Below, piece by piece: positions 9,585 through 21,462 of a stretch of DNA of 64,000 bases (position 1 is its first letter; each line of letters starts with the position of its first letter). Under the pieces are notes generated by a model. That model saw only the letters and a program-made list of their open reading frames with translations, had not been told where the DNA came from and ran no database searches. Origin of the DNA: Zootoca vivipara. Its lineage: Eukaryota. A program made the translations under genes and the position numbers. The stretch lies in NCBI RefSeq assembly GCF_963506605.1, contig NC_083283.1, forward strand, positions 83,452,001 through 83,516,000. The letters are read 5' to 3'.

Positions 9585-12022
9585 ACCACTGTCTGTTTCT
9601 GCGACTCGGGCAAATCAGTGATAAAGTCCATAGCAATGCCTTCCCACGGTGCTTGTGGTGTGGGCAGTGGTTGAAGTAGCCCGGCTGGTGTTTCGCGAGG
9701 TCTTTTGGACCGTTGGCACACTTCACATGCCCGGACATACTCCTTGACCTCCTCCTGCATCCGTGGCCACCAAAAATCCCTTGATACCAGACGTTCCGTC
9801 TTCCACTGCCCAAAATGTCCTGCTGTTGGACTGTCATGGCATTGTCTCAGCACCCTCGCACGAAGCTCTCCCTCTGGCACATAGAGAGCTTCCCCCTTGT
9901 ACAGCAGCCCTCCTTTCTCAGTAAACTCCTTCCCTTGGACTTCCCCCTTACGTATTGCCTTCCTCTTCTCTTGAGCGAACCCATCCTTCTGCGTTTGTTG
10001 GAGAAAGTCTGACCGTTCTAATGCCGTCATTGTTGCTAGCTGCAGTTGTTCGGGGCTCAGGATCAATCTCCGTTCTAACCCGGTCTCTATTTCGGAATAC
10101 TCCGGTTTTCGGGACAATGCGTCCGCCCGCTGGTTCTGAGCACTAGCCACATACTTAATCCGGAAATTGAACCTGGCAAAGAATTGCGCCCACCTAATCT
10201 GTCGTTGGTTCAATTGACGAGCCGTCTGCCAGTACTCTAGGTTTTTATGATCAGTGCGTACCTCCACCTGATGCTGCGCCCCTTCCAAGAAATGCCGCCA
10301 AGTTTGTAGAGCATCCTTTATTGCCAACAACTCTCTCTCCCATATAGTATAATTTTGTTCTGACGATTTTAATTTCCTTGAGTGAAAGGCACATGGTCTC
10401 AGTTCCCCTTTGTCATCTTCCTGGAGAAGCACCGCCCCAATGGCTTTGTCCGAAGCATCAGTTTCCACGACCATCGGCTTGTACGGGTCTGGATGAGCCA
10501 AGTATCTTTCCTCCACAAACAAGTTCTTAAGTCTCTCAAACGCCTTTTGGGCTTCCTCAGTCCATTTAAACGCCTTTTTGCCTTTCAAACAATCTGTTAT
10601 CGGTGCTGTAAGGCCTGAGTACCTTGGTATAAACTTCCGATAGTAATTGGCAAACCCCAAGAATCTTTGTACATCTTTTCGAGTCTTGGGTCTTTGCCAT
10701 GACACTACTGCCTGAACCTTTGCTGGATCCATGTGCACCCCCTCTGGGGTGATTCTATAGCCTAAGAACTCCACTTCTGTTACGTGAAAGTGGCATTTCT
10801 CCAACTTAGCGTACAATCGATGTTCTCTTAGACGCTCTAACACTTCCTTCACATGTTGTACGTGTTCTTCCAGACTCTCCGAGTAGATTAATAGGTCATC
10901 TAAATAAGCAAGGACCGAACGATCCAACAAGTCGGACAACACGTAATTAATAAATGCCTGAAAGGTGGCCGTGCCCGACTGTAGTCCAAACGGCATGACA
11001 AGATATTCAAATGTGCCGTACCTGGTGTTAAATGTCGTCTTCCATTCATCTCCCTCTCTTACTCGTATCAAATTATATGCCCCCCTCAAGTCCAGTTTTG
11101 TAAAAATTTTAGCCGACCGTAATCTTTCCAACAAATCCCCAATTCGTGGCAACGGGTAACGACTGGGAATCATGCGCTGGTTGATCTTCCTGTAATCAAC
11201 TACAAGTCTTTTCTCAGAAGTGTTCTTCTTATCCACAAAGAAAATTGGAGCTCCTCCCGGAGTCTTGGTAGGCCGTATGAAACCCCGTTCCAAATTTTTT
11301 CGCAGGAACTCCCTCAGTTCTGCCAACTCCACTTCTGACATAGCGTAGATACGGCTGGCGGGTATCTCAGCCCCTGGCACCAGATCTATTTTGCAATCGT
11401 ACTGGCGATGCGGTGGTAACCGATCTGCCTCCTTCTCGCAGAATACGTCTCTAAAAGACTTATACTGTGGGGGTATTTGTCTCTCTTCCCCAGTGAGCGG
11501 ACCACAGTCTGGCGTACCATTGGCCTCACCATTCTTCTCCGCCCTGATTCCCAAACAATGTAGTCGGCAATACACTGACGAAAAGGTCATCGATCTCTGG
11601 CCCCAGGAGATCATCGGATCATGACGGGATAGCCAACTCATCCCCAAAACCACGGGGTAGGAGTTCAACCTGGTGATATGGAATGCAATGACCTCTCGGT
11701 GTCCCGGCAGTTCTAGACCAATTGGCATTGTGGCCTCTGACACACAGCCAGACAGCAACACTCTACCATCAATTGTTCTAACTTCTAAAGGTTCTTCCAA
11801 TGACTGTGTCTCTATTCCCAACCTGCTCACCAAGTCCATGTCTATAAAATCAGTCGAGGCTCCAGAATCAATAAGAACTTCCACACGCTCGCCCCTTCCA
11901 TCTGGGAGTCGTAGCATTGCGAATGCTGTAATTACTGGTAAGATCGGTCCAGGTGGAAGCCCTTTGGGTCTCTTTTCCCCCAACCCGAGGCCTCCAGAAC
12001 GGGCTGGGTCATCTCGTTTCCC
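9575..12022 (-). CDS. pol: Retrotransposon Pol part 1 (protease, RT, RNase H, integrase N-terminus), entered by -1 frameshift
   Basis: LIDSGAS protease; KLDLRGAY and YLDD of RT; ETDAS, ELLAI and TDHKNL of RNase H; HHCC zinc finger; ends at a 1-bp frameshift near 9584. Confidence 0.9.
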   Translation of the reverse strand, partial: GKRDDPARSGGLGLGEKRPKGLPPGPILPVITAFAMLRLPDGRGERVEVLIDSGASTDFIDMDLVSRLGIETQSLEEPLEVRTIDGRVLLSGCVSEATMPIGLELPGHREVIAFHITRLNSYPVVLGMSWLSRHDPMISWGQRSMTFSSVYCRLHCLGIRAEKNGEANGTPDCGPLTGEERQIPPQYKSFRDVFCEKEADRLPPHRQYDCKIDLVPGAEIPASRIYAMSEVELAELREFLRKNLERGFIRPTKTPGGAPIFFVDKKNTSEKRLVVDYRKINQRMIPSRYPLPRIGDLLERLRSAKIFTKLDLRGAYNLIRVREGDEWKTTFNTRYGTFEYLVMPFGLQSGTATFQAFINYVLSDLLDRSVLAYLDDLLIYSESLEEHVQHVKEVLERLREHRLYAKLEKCHFHVTEVEFLGYRITPEGVHMDPAKVQAVVSWQRPKTRKDVQRFLGFANYYRKFIPRYSGLTAPITDCLKGKKAFKWTEEAQKAFERLKNLFVEERYLAHPDPYKPMVVETDASDKAIGAVLLQEDDKGELRPCAFHSRKLKSSEQNYTIWERELLAIKDALQTWRHFLEGAQHQVEVRTDHKNLEYWQTARQLNQRQIRWAQFFARFNFRIKYVASAQNQRADALSRKPEYSEIETGLERRLILSPEQLQLATMTALERSDFLQQTQKDGFAQEKRKAIRKGEVQGKEFTEKGGLLYKGEALYVPEGELRARVLRQCHDSPTAGHFGQWKTERLVSRDFWWPRMQEEVKEYVRACEVCQRSKRPRETPAGLLQPLPTPQAPWEGIAMDFITDLPESQKQTVVWW

Positions 12023-13014
12023 GACTGCTCCACTATGCCCTCTCCAGGTGTTGTTACATTTGTGCCAGACAGCGCACCTCGGTTTCTTCCTACAGTACAC
12101 TGACGAGCCATGTGATTGGGGGAGCCGCAGATAAGGCACAACCGATCTCTCCACCTTCTCTCTCTCTCAGCGTGTGTAATACTAGGTGTTGTACCCCTTC
12201 TGATAGAACTACGTTGCATGGGTGCTTCTTCCTCCACCCTTCGTGAATCCGGCAGCTCTAAGGGCACAAATGTCCTGCGGCTCTCAGACCTTCCTTGGCC
12301 CCTACGCAACCTGTCCAGCGATTGGAACCTCAGGTCTAGTTGCAAGGCGACTTGTGCCACCTCTTCCAAGGTCTTCAACCCAGGATTTTTTGCCAACTCC
12401 ACCCGAATCTCTTCACTGAGTCCCGCCTTAAACAATCCAACCAAGGCCTTTCCTTCCCAGCCTAGTTGTCTAGCAAGTCTCACAAAAGAGGACCAGAACT
12501 GTGCTACAGTTCCCTTTCCTTGCTTAAGGCTCAAGAACTCCTGTTCCCACTCTGCTTCTTGTGCAGGATTCCTGAACATGCTATCCAGAAGCTTCAAGAA
12601 GGCTGATAAGTTGGTGAGCACTCGGTCATTAGACATTAGGTAAGGGGCAATACACTGCCGCGCCTTCCCTTCCAAAAGCCCCACCACCAGGGCCACTCTG
12701 GCATCATCATCTCTGTATTCTTCCCCCTTAAGCCTTAAATAATACAAGCAGGAAGCCCGAAATGAATCATACTCTGCACCGCTCCCACTAAAACGTGGGG
12801 GAAGGGGAACAAAATTCTTTGCCACTTGCCTGCCAGATAAGTCAGAGAGTTGTCTTGCTTGTTCTGAGGTCACTCCTTCCAGCCGTGCTAATCTTGCCTT
12901 CAACTCTTGGTTCTCTGCCCAGAGAGCTTCAGTATTATCTTCTAACTTCATCTCCATTGCTGTTGCGCCAACTGATAAATCCCCAGCCGGTTGCTGCTTC
13001 CCCTTTTCTTCCAT
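11932..13014 (-). CDS. gag: Retrotransposon Gag
   Basis: 360 aa; coiled coil, PPRFSG motif, LKQGKGTV MHR-like segment, zinc knuckle CLICGSPNHMARQC. Confidence 0.9.
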   Translation of the reverse strand: MEEKGKQQPAGDLSVGATAMEMKLEDNTEALWAENQELKARLARLEGVTSEQARQLSDLSGRQVAKNFVPLPPRFSGSGAEYDSFRASCLYYLRLKGEEYRDDDARVALVVGLLEGKARQCIAPYLMSNDRVLTNLSAFLKLLDSMFRNPAQEAEWEQEFLSLKQGKGTVAQFWSSFVRLARQLGWEGKALVGLFKAGLSEEIRVELAKNPGLKTLEEVAQVALQLDLRFQSLDRLRRGQGRSESRRTFVPLELPDSRRVEEEAPMQRSSIRRGTTPSITHAERERRWRDRLCLICGSPNHMARQCTVGRNRGALSGTNVTTPGEGIVEQSGNEMTQPVLEASGWGKRDPKGFHLDRSYQ

Positions 13015-13067
13015 TCTTGCTTAAATCCACATGCTTCCCCTTCAGCAGCAAGTTAGATGAGTCATGC

Positions 13068-13504
13068 TGTAAGCAACAGCAATGGCTAGCACACAGTCTG
13101 TGTGTAAATAGTGAGTTTTATTCCAAATAGACAAAACAAAGGCAAGTAACCACAAGAAAGACTGCAACTTCCTGCTCAAGACCACTAGTTAATCAGATGA
13201 TGACTCATCTAGCTCTCTAGCGTGAGTCCACCTCCTTTTATTCCTACGCTCGAACAACGCCCTCTGCCTCTCTCTCTGTAATTGCCATTTCCTCTTATCC
13301 TGTAACCCTCCCCTCCTACGTTCCTGTAACTTTAAAGAACTAGGAACAGACTCGGACAAACTCTCTTCTGAGGTTTGAGTTATTTCTGCCATTTGCTCAC
13401 CCCTCCCAGCCAGTTCCTTTATCAAAGCAAGCCTCCCTTCCAGTTCCGGGCTATCAGCCAAGTCCGACAGCTGAGCCTCATTAGTTATCGGCTCTAACCT
13501 AACA
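13068..13504 (-). repeat. 5' LTR
   Basis: No difference from 7937-8373 seen by eye; TATA-like AATAAAA at 13236-13242; polyA signal AATAAA at 13117-13122. Confidence 0.95.
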
Positions 13505-13636
13505 CTAATAAATATAAAACCATGTGCTATTTATAATAACAGCCTCCAAGATAGTATTGTAGATCAGCAGATAGATGTAAAATTCACCAAGATGAGTAAG
13601 TTCATATAAAATCAAAAGATAACCTGATTAACTCAC

Positions 13637-16060
13637 CTGGGCTATGACTGGATCACCATCATTCAAATTTAAATTTTCACCAGATATGATAGGATTCTTT
13701 ACCTCACAAGTTTGTTGATTGCTCAGAGTATTGGAATAATTTGCCTTGGAAATACTAAATTGACTTTTCTTAGAGTCTGTAGTAAGAGAAACTTCCTGGC
13801 AGTAGGAGTGCAGAAATGCTCGGACTCCGTCAATCCCCACAAACTGTGAGATAGGAGCCCCACTGAAATTCATACTCCCCGACTCAAGCAGCTGAGAATT
13901 TCTCCACCTGTGCAACTTGATGGCCACTAACACAAGGAGGAAAGTGAAGAACAAGCAGGAGACAAAAGCCACTGCAAGGACCAGGTAGAAGGTGAGGTCC
14001 GACGGAGGCTCTACAGGAGCTGAGATGCTGCTCAGGTCTGAGAGGATTGCAGGGATGGTGTCAGCCAGCACCACAGTCAGAGTGGCTGAAGCAGAGAGAG
14101 GTGGCTGCCCATTGTCCTTGACTAAAACCACCAGGCTTTGCTTGAGGGCATCTTTCTCCAGAAAGAAGCGGGCTGTCCTGATCTCTCCTGTGTGGAGCCC
14201 CAGAGTGAAGAGCCCTGGCTCGGTGGCCTTGATCAGCTGGTAGGAGAGCCAGGCATTCTGGCCAGAGTCTGCATCCACGGCCACCACCTTAGTGACCAGG
14301 TAGCCTGGCTCAGAGGAGCGAGGGGCCAGCTCTATCCCCGTGGAGCCATCGGTGGGAGGGGAGGGGTACAGGATCTGGGGAGCATTGTCATTTTGGTCCA
14401 GGATGAAGAGAGTCACTGAGATGTTGGAGCTGAGTGGTGTAGAACCTCCATCCTGGGCCTTTACACGGAACTTAATCTCCCGAAACTCTTCATAATCAAA
14501 GGAGGTCAGAGCATATATAACCCCCGTCTCAGAGTTAATGGAGAGGTAGGAGGAGAGGCGGGAGTCACTTCCTTGGTCATCAGTGATGGAATATGTTATT
14601 CTGGCATTTTCTTCCCAGTCAAGGTCATTTGCTCTTAAGGAAGAGACCATTGCTCCTCTTTGGTTATTCTCCACAAAATAGAAAGTATAGTCTGTTTTTT
14701 CAAAGAGGGGTGGGTTGTCATTTGTGTCTAAAACATGAAGTGTGATAACTGTGACTGTAGAAAGAGGGGGGACTCCATGGTCAGCAACTGTCACAGTAAT
14801 ATTGAAGACTGACACCTGTTCTCTGTCAAGGGCACCATCAGTCACCAAACTGTAAAAGTTATCCATGGACTTCTTTAGCTGGAAAGGGAGGTTGCTAGGG
14901 ATTGAACATGTGATTTCCCCATTGATTCCTGAATCTCTGTCTTGGACATTTAAAATGGCAATTACCGTTTGGGATGGTGAACTTTCAGGTATGGTGTTGC
15001 TGGCAAAGGTAACTGATAATTCAGGTGCATTGTCATTCAGATCCGTAACAGATATCACAACTTTTGATCTGTCACTCAGGCCTCCTCCATCTTTGGCTTG
15101 TATCTCAAATGCATATAAAGATGATTCCTCATAATCAAGATTCCCAATAAGGATGATTTCACCTGTTGTGGAATTTAATAGAAACATTTGGGAGTATCTC
15201 TTTGTGATTTTTTGGAAGGAGTATTTTATGTCTCCATTGATTCCTTCATCCATATCAGTTGCTCTCACTGTCAAAACTGTGGACCACTTGGGAATATTCT
15301 CATTGACACTCACTTCATAGAGAGGTTGGCTGAAAACTGGTGAATTGTCATTTGCATCAAGGACAACGATGTGGATTTGTAATGTGCCAGTCCTGATGGG
15401 ATCACCTCCATCAGTAGCTGTGAGGAGCAAATCGTAAGTTGATTGTTCCTCTCTATCCAGTGACTTTTCCAACACAAGTTCAGCAAGTCTGACTCCATTT
15501 TCTTCTGTTTGCACATGCAAAGCAAAATGGCTACTGCCTGTGAGTTGATAGCTCTGCACGGAATTTATCCCCAAATCTGGATCTTGAGCTTCGGGAAGAG
15601 GGATCTGGAATCCAGGTATAGATGCCTCACTGATTTCCAGCTCCTGTTCCCCTAGAGGGAAGTGGGGAGCATTATCATTTATATCTATAATTTCCACTTC
15701 GATTCCATAAAGCTTCAGTTTGCTTTCAACAAGAATCTGAAACTTCAGTATACATTTCTCTGCCTCTCCACAAATTTCCTCTCTATCTATTCTTTCAGAT
15801 ATCTGCAAATGGCCATTGTTGGCATTCAAAGAAAAGTACTGAATCATACCTACAGGGGAAACAATTCGAAGTCCATGGTCTGGGAGCTGCTTGCCATCCA
15901 TTCCCAGGTCCTTTGCAACATTCCCCACGGAAGAGCCTTTGTGCATCTCTTCTGGAATGGAGTAGTGGATCTGCCCAGAAACTGCCTTCCAAGAAAACAT
16001 GATGAAAAGCCACTTGAAGATTCTCTTTCTGCCATTCCACAGTCTCTGAATTCCTTCCAT
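13637..16060 (-). CDS. PCDHGA: Protocadherin gammaA-like variable exon 2
   Basis: 810-aa ORF, six cadherin repeats, gammaA tail; donor CAG|GTGAGT at 13637/13636, phase 0 (2424 bp). Confidence 0.95.
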
Positions 16061-16247
16061 CCTTGCAGCAGGTTAAAGGCCCTTAGATTCTGGTTCAAAT
16101 GATGCTGTATCCAACTCTTTTCTGCGGAAAATGCACTTCCATTTCTTCTTTACACTGACAAGCAGCTTGTTCCTTCAGATATTTTGTGCTTGTGTTTAAT
16201 GGAACGGCAACTTCAATTGGGCAGGATTTCTCATTTCTCCTCCGTTC

Positions 16248-16275
16248 TGGTGAACAGTGACACCCAGAGGCTCAA
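16248..16275 (-). promoter_or_regulatory. CSE for exon 2 (CACT variant)
   Basis: TTGAGCCTCTGGGTGTCACTGTTCACCA about 196 bp upstream of the ATG. Confidence 0.8.
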
Positions 16276-18135
16276 ACCCAAAATGCAAAAACTTCACTTT
16301 TGAAAATTAAATAAACACCATTTCACTGTACGTACTGTACTACTGCTATTATAAATGCAAATATAGCTAGTTTAACTAGGTATATTTGTCCATACAGTAT
16401 TCTTTATTTCTTTTCCTTAGAATTTACCCACTAAGGATAAATAAGCGTGACAACTTTTGTTGTTGTAAACAAGTCGAAAAGGAGCAGGAAAGAGAAATAT
16501 ATTTAGGATTCCTGCCCTACCCCATTATTGGAAATTCTGAAATAAATTGAATTCTGGAATATTGAACTTTCTCAGCAATGTTGTTTGCTGGATATTCAAA
16601 AGATTCAATTGGGATGCAGAAAAAGGAATAATAAGCCTCTGGTACTTCTTTTCTTTGTGTCAGTGTGATGTCTGAGGATGCTTATAGCTGTAAAGTGAGG
16701 AAACTGATATGCTCGCACACAGTTCTTTCCTGCTGTTTTCATGGGGAAACAGAGGCATCCATGTGCAGAAAGGCTGACAGAGTTGTGGCATTGGCCAGTG
16801 ACATTCATTGTTGTGTCACACCAAATACGCTGGTGTGCATGAAAATTAGCACAACTTGCCAGTATTTCAGTCAAAAACCACAGTTCCACAGCACAGCAGG
16901 TACCAATCAGGAAAAGTAACTAATTCAATATTCCCCACAAATTTGAATGCATCCTCTCTCCCTCCCCTATATCGTAACACTGGTCTACTTTTCTGGGTTA
17001 TTGTAAGAGTTACACAGCACTATGTGTGAAGCGCCTTGAACACTCTAAAGTGCTGTATAAACACTAGGTATTACTGCACAGAGCAAAGAAGTAAAATGGC
17101 CACATTCTCTAATTCATTGCCACTGCTTATCTGGACAGGGCTTTGCTTCAGTAAAGGCAAGGTTAGGGCCATGCAGGTGCACCAGCAGGAATGCCGGATT
17201 GGTTGCTGAAAGAAGCATACAGACCCAACCGCACTGCTGCCTCATCCACAGCCCCAGCTTATCACAAACACACTACTGTGGATGGATAACATTCAATGGT
17301 AGCTTAGAAGTGCACATGTGAAAATTGGATGTGAAACTCAGAGCTTTATTAAAAACGAGCATGTGAGGGCTTGTTAAGCAGCAGAGGTAGGTGGTTTTCA
17401 GCCATCTTTGTTGGAGAGCTTGATGTTGTGCTTCTTGTTCTACAAGATTAAACTGCTAAAACTGAATTTGGCCATTAGCAGGAGGGACAAGACACTGAAT
17501 TATCCACTAGATACTGAATTATCCACTAGATAATGTCAACAAATGTTCTTTTAACATTAGTCTTCATCTTTCCTAATGGAATATACACTGGTGGTAAGCA
17601 TGACCCAGCTTTAAAGTACAGCAATTACAGGATGTGCAGATGTATGTCCTGGCCATAAGAAAACATTCCATGCCAAAGAGTTAAAAAGGCATCTACCATT
17701 AGTAGTTGTGACTCAATAGTCATTTGTCACCTATATTTCTACAGTATGGAAGCATGACTGGAGATGGTGTAAGTAGAAATACTAACCGCACGCTCCACGT
17801 CCATACACCTTTACATACAAACTGCTCACCACAACTTAACAACTTGTCATAATCTCTAACAATATAATGCAAATGCTCTTTGCTGTTTAAGTGCCAAGGA
17901 AAGGAATGTCAGTACTTTGGGATTGCATCCACATTGGACATCAGTAATATATAAGAGAATACAGGACTTGGGCAGGGCAGGGGTGGGGTGGGGGGTCAGG
18001 GGATAGTTTTGGGTTCATGATATGGTCCTGTTTGGTTTAGGGTATTTGTCAATCCAGGGACCACAGTTTTTCCTTTTAATTCATTAATTGTGTTTTGCAT
18101 TTCCAGTATATACATATCTTGGAAGTGGGAGGATA

Positions 18136-18286
18136 NNNNNNNNNNNNNNNNNNNNNNNNNNNNNNNNNNNNNNNNNNNNNNNNNNNNNNNNNNNNNNNNN
18201 NNNNNNNNNNNNNNNNNNNNNNNNNNNNNNNNNNNNNNNNNNNNNNNNNNNNNNNNNNNNNNNNNNNNNNNNNNNNNNNNNNNNNN
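18136..18286. other. Assembly gap (151 N)
   Basis: Run of n. Confidence 1.
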
Positions 18287-19032
18287 ATCATGCCAAGAGA
18301 AACTCCCTTTCGATGCCACTCTTCCACACAGGTTGTACATGATAGCTTCCGACAGTGCTCCACCACTTAATATGTTGTGCTATTCTCATCAGACCCAAAT
18401 CCCAAGCTGTGTCTGTGACCAGAACACAATATCCAAATGCTATGTAAGATTATTTGTATATATGAGAACTAAATCAAGTTATTCTTAAATGTTTAGTGAT
18501 TAATTGATCCTTTACTCTCATTAAATAATCCAACCCATAAAAAACTCCACAAACACTTCCTAAAATTCAGTTGAAAAACTACTAAGAAATTTACCAACTT
18601 ATTTAAAGAATATGCTATGAAAGACTTTTTGGTATTCTTGTAAATTTCTTAAAGGACAGAATGTAAAAATAACTACATATTCAATTGCATTTGTACTGCA
18701 AAAATAAGAAAAGAAAAAAATAGCATTCTCTCTGCCCAGCCATCACTCTGTGATCTTACCACAGCACCCTGAGTTACCATGCAGATGTGCACCTAGACAA
18801 TTCTGACAGAGCCTCCGCCATCCTGCAATGCTGTCCTTCAGTAGTTGCTGGAAAGTCCAATTAGCTTGCTCTCCAGCAGTAGCAGCTCAGTACTACTTCC
18901 TACCTACTTCCCTGGTGACATGGCCTGAACTGTCTGGAATGCCAGTTTGATAACATCCACTGTTTATAATAAAACTCTCAAACAAGTGACAACACACCTA
19001 ATTCCCTAAAAAGAAAATGCAATATAACTCAC

Positions 19033-21462
19033 CGTGCTGTCATTTTCCTTTTCAGAATTTAAATTGCCTCCACTGACCATCAAAGAAATGTCAGAGTTGC
19101 CATTGCAAATGATGTTCTCTGCTAATTGGACAGTGGGCTGCAGGAATGTCAACTCATTCCTCCTGGATTCAGAGGACAGACAGACCTGGTAGGAATAAGG
19201 CAAAGTTCCGTCCTCATAATTTGGTGGGAATATGGCACCAGCCTTTGAATGGGGGTCAGGAATAAAGCACTGAAGGAAAGTGGGGTTCCTTGACCTTCGA
19301 AGCTTCATCAGAATGGTCAGAATCACCGTCACCAGGAACAGAAAGGACACCAGGGTCAAGGCCAATACCAAATAAAACTGCAGATCCGACTGATACTCTG
19401 AGTCATTTGGTTGGGAGTTCATTTCTGGAAGAGCCTCCTGGAAGTTCTCAGCAAACACCAAGCTCAAAGTTGTGGTGGCTGAGAGAGGAGGATGCCCATT
19501 GTCCTTCACCAGGATGACCAGCCTCTGCTTCACTGCATCTCTCTCAAGTAATGCTCGGACTGTTTGCACCTCTCCTGTGTGGGAGCCAATACTGAAGAGT
19601 GAGGGCTCTGTGGCCTGCAGGAGATGGAAGGAGAGCCAGGCATTGTGTCCCGAATCAGAGTCCACCGCCACCACCTTCGTCACCAGATACCCCGACTCAG
19701 CTGACCGAGGCACCATCTCAAAGAAAGGTGAGCCCTCTGTTGATTGTGAAGGGTACAGGATCTGCGGAGCATTATCATTTCGATCCAAAACACATACTGT
19801 CACTGTGGCACTGGTATAGAGTGGTGGAGAACCTCCATCTTGGGCCTTCACTTGAATCTGAAACTCCCTGAATTGCTCATAGTCAAAGGAACGTTGGGCA
19901 TAGATGATCCCAGTCTCAGAGTTAATGGAAACATAGGAGGAGAGAGGCAGGTCCTTGATGTTGCTGTTAAGGATGGAGTAAGTGATTTGGGCATTGCGAT
20001 CCAGATCTGGGTCAGAGGCCTTGACGTGGAAAATTGAAGTTCCAGATGGATTGTTCTCTGGAACATAGGCAGTATAAGAAGATTTTTCAAAGGCTGGTGG
20101 GTTATCATTGATATCTGAGATCTGTATTAATACGGATTTTTGTGTGGAGAGTGGAGGTGTGCCTTTGTCTGTGGCTATGATTGTAATATTATACTCTGGA
20201 GTCCTTTCTCTGTCAAGGGCACCATCTATGAGGAGCTTGAAGTAATTATCTGAAGATGAGACTATCAGGAAAGGTACAAGCTCCTTCAGGTGACAGGTGA
20301 CTTCTCCATTATCCCCAGAATCCCTGTCCTGAACTTTAATGAGAGCAATCACAGCTCCAGATGTGACATCTTCAGGAACTGGGCTGGACACAGATGTAAG
20401 GATCACATCTGGAGTATTGTCATTCTCATCAAGAACCTCAATCTCCACTTTGCAATGTGCCGCCAATCCTCCTCCATCATTTGCCTGAATTATCATCACA
20501 TAATATTGACTCTCTTCAAAATCAACACTTTCTATGAGTGTAATTGTTCCGTCTCTGGGATCCAGATGAAACTTCTGTTCAGCTGTTTCCGCAATGTCAC
20601 TGAAAGTATAAGTGATGTCAGCATTTGACCCTTCATCACTGTCAGATGCTTTGACTCGTAGCACAGAGGTTCCTTTGGGTGCACTCTCCTTCAGGCTCAC
20701 TTTATAGATTGTCTGGGTGAAAACAGGGGCATTGTCGTTAATATCAATAACTGTAACCAATATTCTGGCTGTTCCAGTTTTTGGAGGTTCTCCACCATCC
20801 ATGGCTGTAAGGACCATGTGGTGTGTGTGTTCCTTTTCCCTGTCCAGTTTCTTCTGCAATATTAATTCTGCATATTTGCCGCCATCATTGCCGTTTTGGA
20901 TTTCCAACATGAAATATGGAGTTGAGCTCAACTGATAATTCTGGAGGGAATTTGTGCCAATGTCCTTATCTTCAGCATTTCCTAGAGCATATCGAGTTCC
21001 TGACGGAGTAGACTCACTCAATTTAAGCTCAATATTTTCATTCCGGAAATGTGGGGCATTATCATTAATGTCCTGGATAAAAATATTTATGTGGAAAATA
21101 TTCAAAGGGTTGTGTGCCACAACTTCTAATTTGAGGACACAAATTGATGATTTACCACAAATCTCTTCCCGGTCTATCCTCTCATTCACATACAGATTGC
21201 CATTTTGTTCATTCAGATCAAAGAATTGCTTTTCTGAAGAAATCCCAAGCTTGCGCTTTGACAGCTCTCTGATATCCAACCCCAGATCTTTAGCAAGGTT
21301 CCCCACAAAGGAGCCCTGCTCTGCTTCCTCTGGAACTGAATACTGAACCTGCTCAGACACTACCTGGCAGCAGAACACAGACCAGAATATGAACAGAAAC
21401 AGTACTTGCCTCTTGGTGATGTCTCTTGTTCTCTTTGCCTGCTTTACCTCCATCAAATCCAT
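19033..21462 (-). CDS. PCDHGB: Protocadherin gammaB-like variable exon 3
   Basis: Six cadherin repeats; gammaB-type features [19 protein letters not shown] and [11 protein letters not shown]; first in-frame ATG at 21462 (alternative 21453; the ORF-track start 21504 is TTG); donor ACG|GTGAGT at 19033/19032. Confidence 0.9.

Larger units (their letters stand above)
7937..13504 (-). mobile_element. Full-length chromodomain Ty3/gypsy (Tf1/sushi-type) LTR retrotransposon
   Basis: 437-bp LTRs TGTTAG...CTTACA; 5-bp TSD CTAAT (7932-7936, 13505-13509); PPT AGAGGGGGGGATGA at 8374-8387; order gag, PR, RT, RH, IN, chromodomain. Confidence 0.97.

Noticed and set aside
13189-13461. 90-aa ORF in the 5' LTR as a separate gene
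   Set aside because: It is a copy of the U3 pol extension, has a non-ATG start and lies upstream of the predicted TSS.
17494-17531. 19-bp tandem duplication ACTGAATTATCCACTAGAT
   Set aside because: Ordinary slippage-type duplication with no functional hint.
17996-18488. ORFs containing long X runs
   Set aside because: Artefacts of the N gap.
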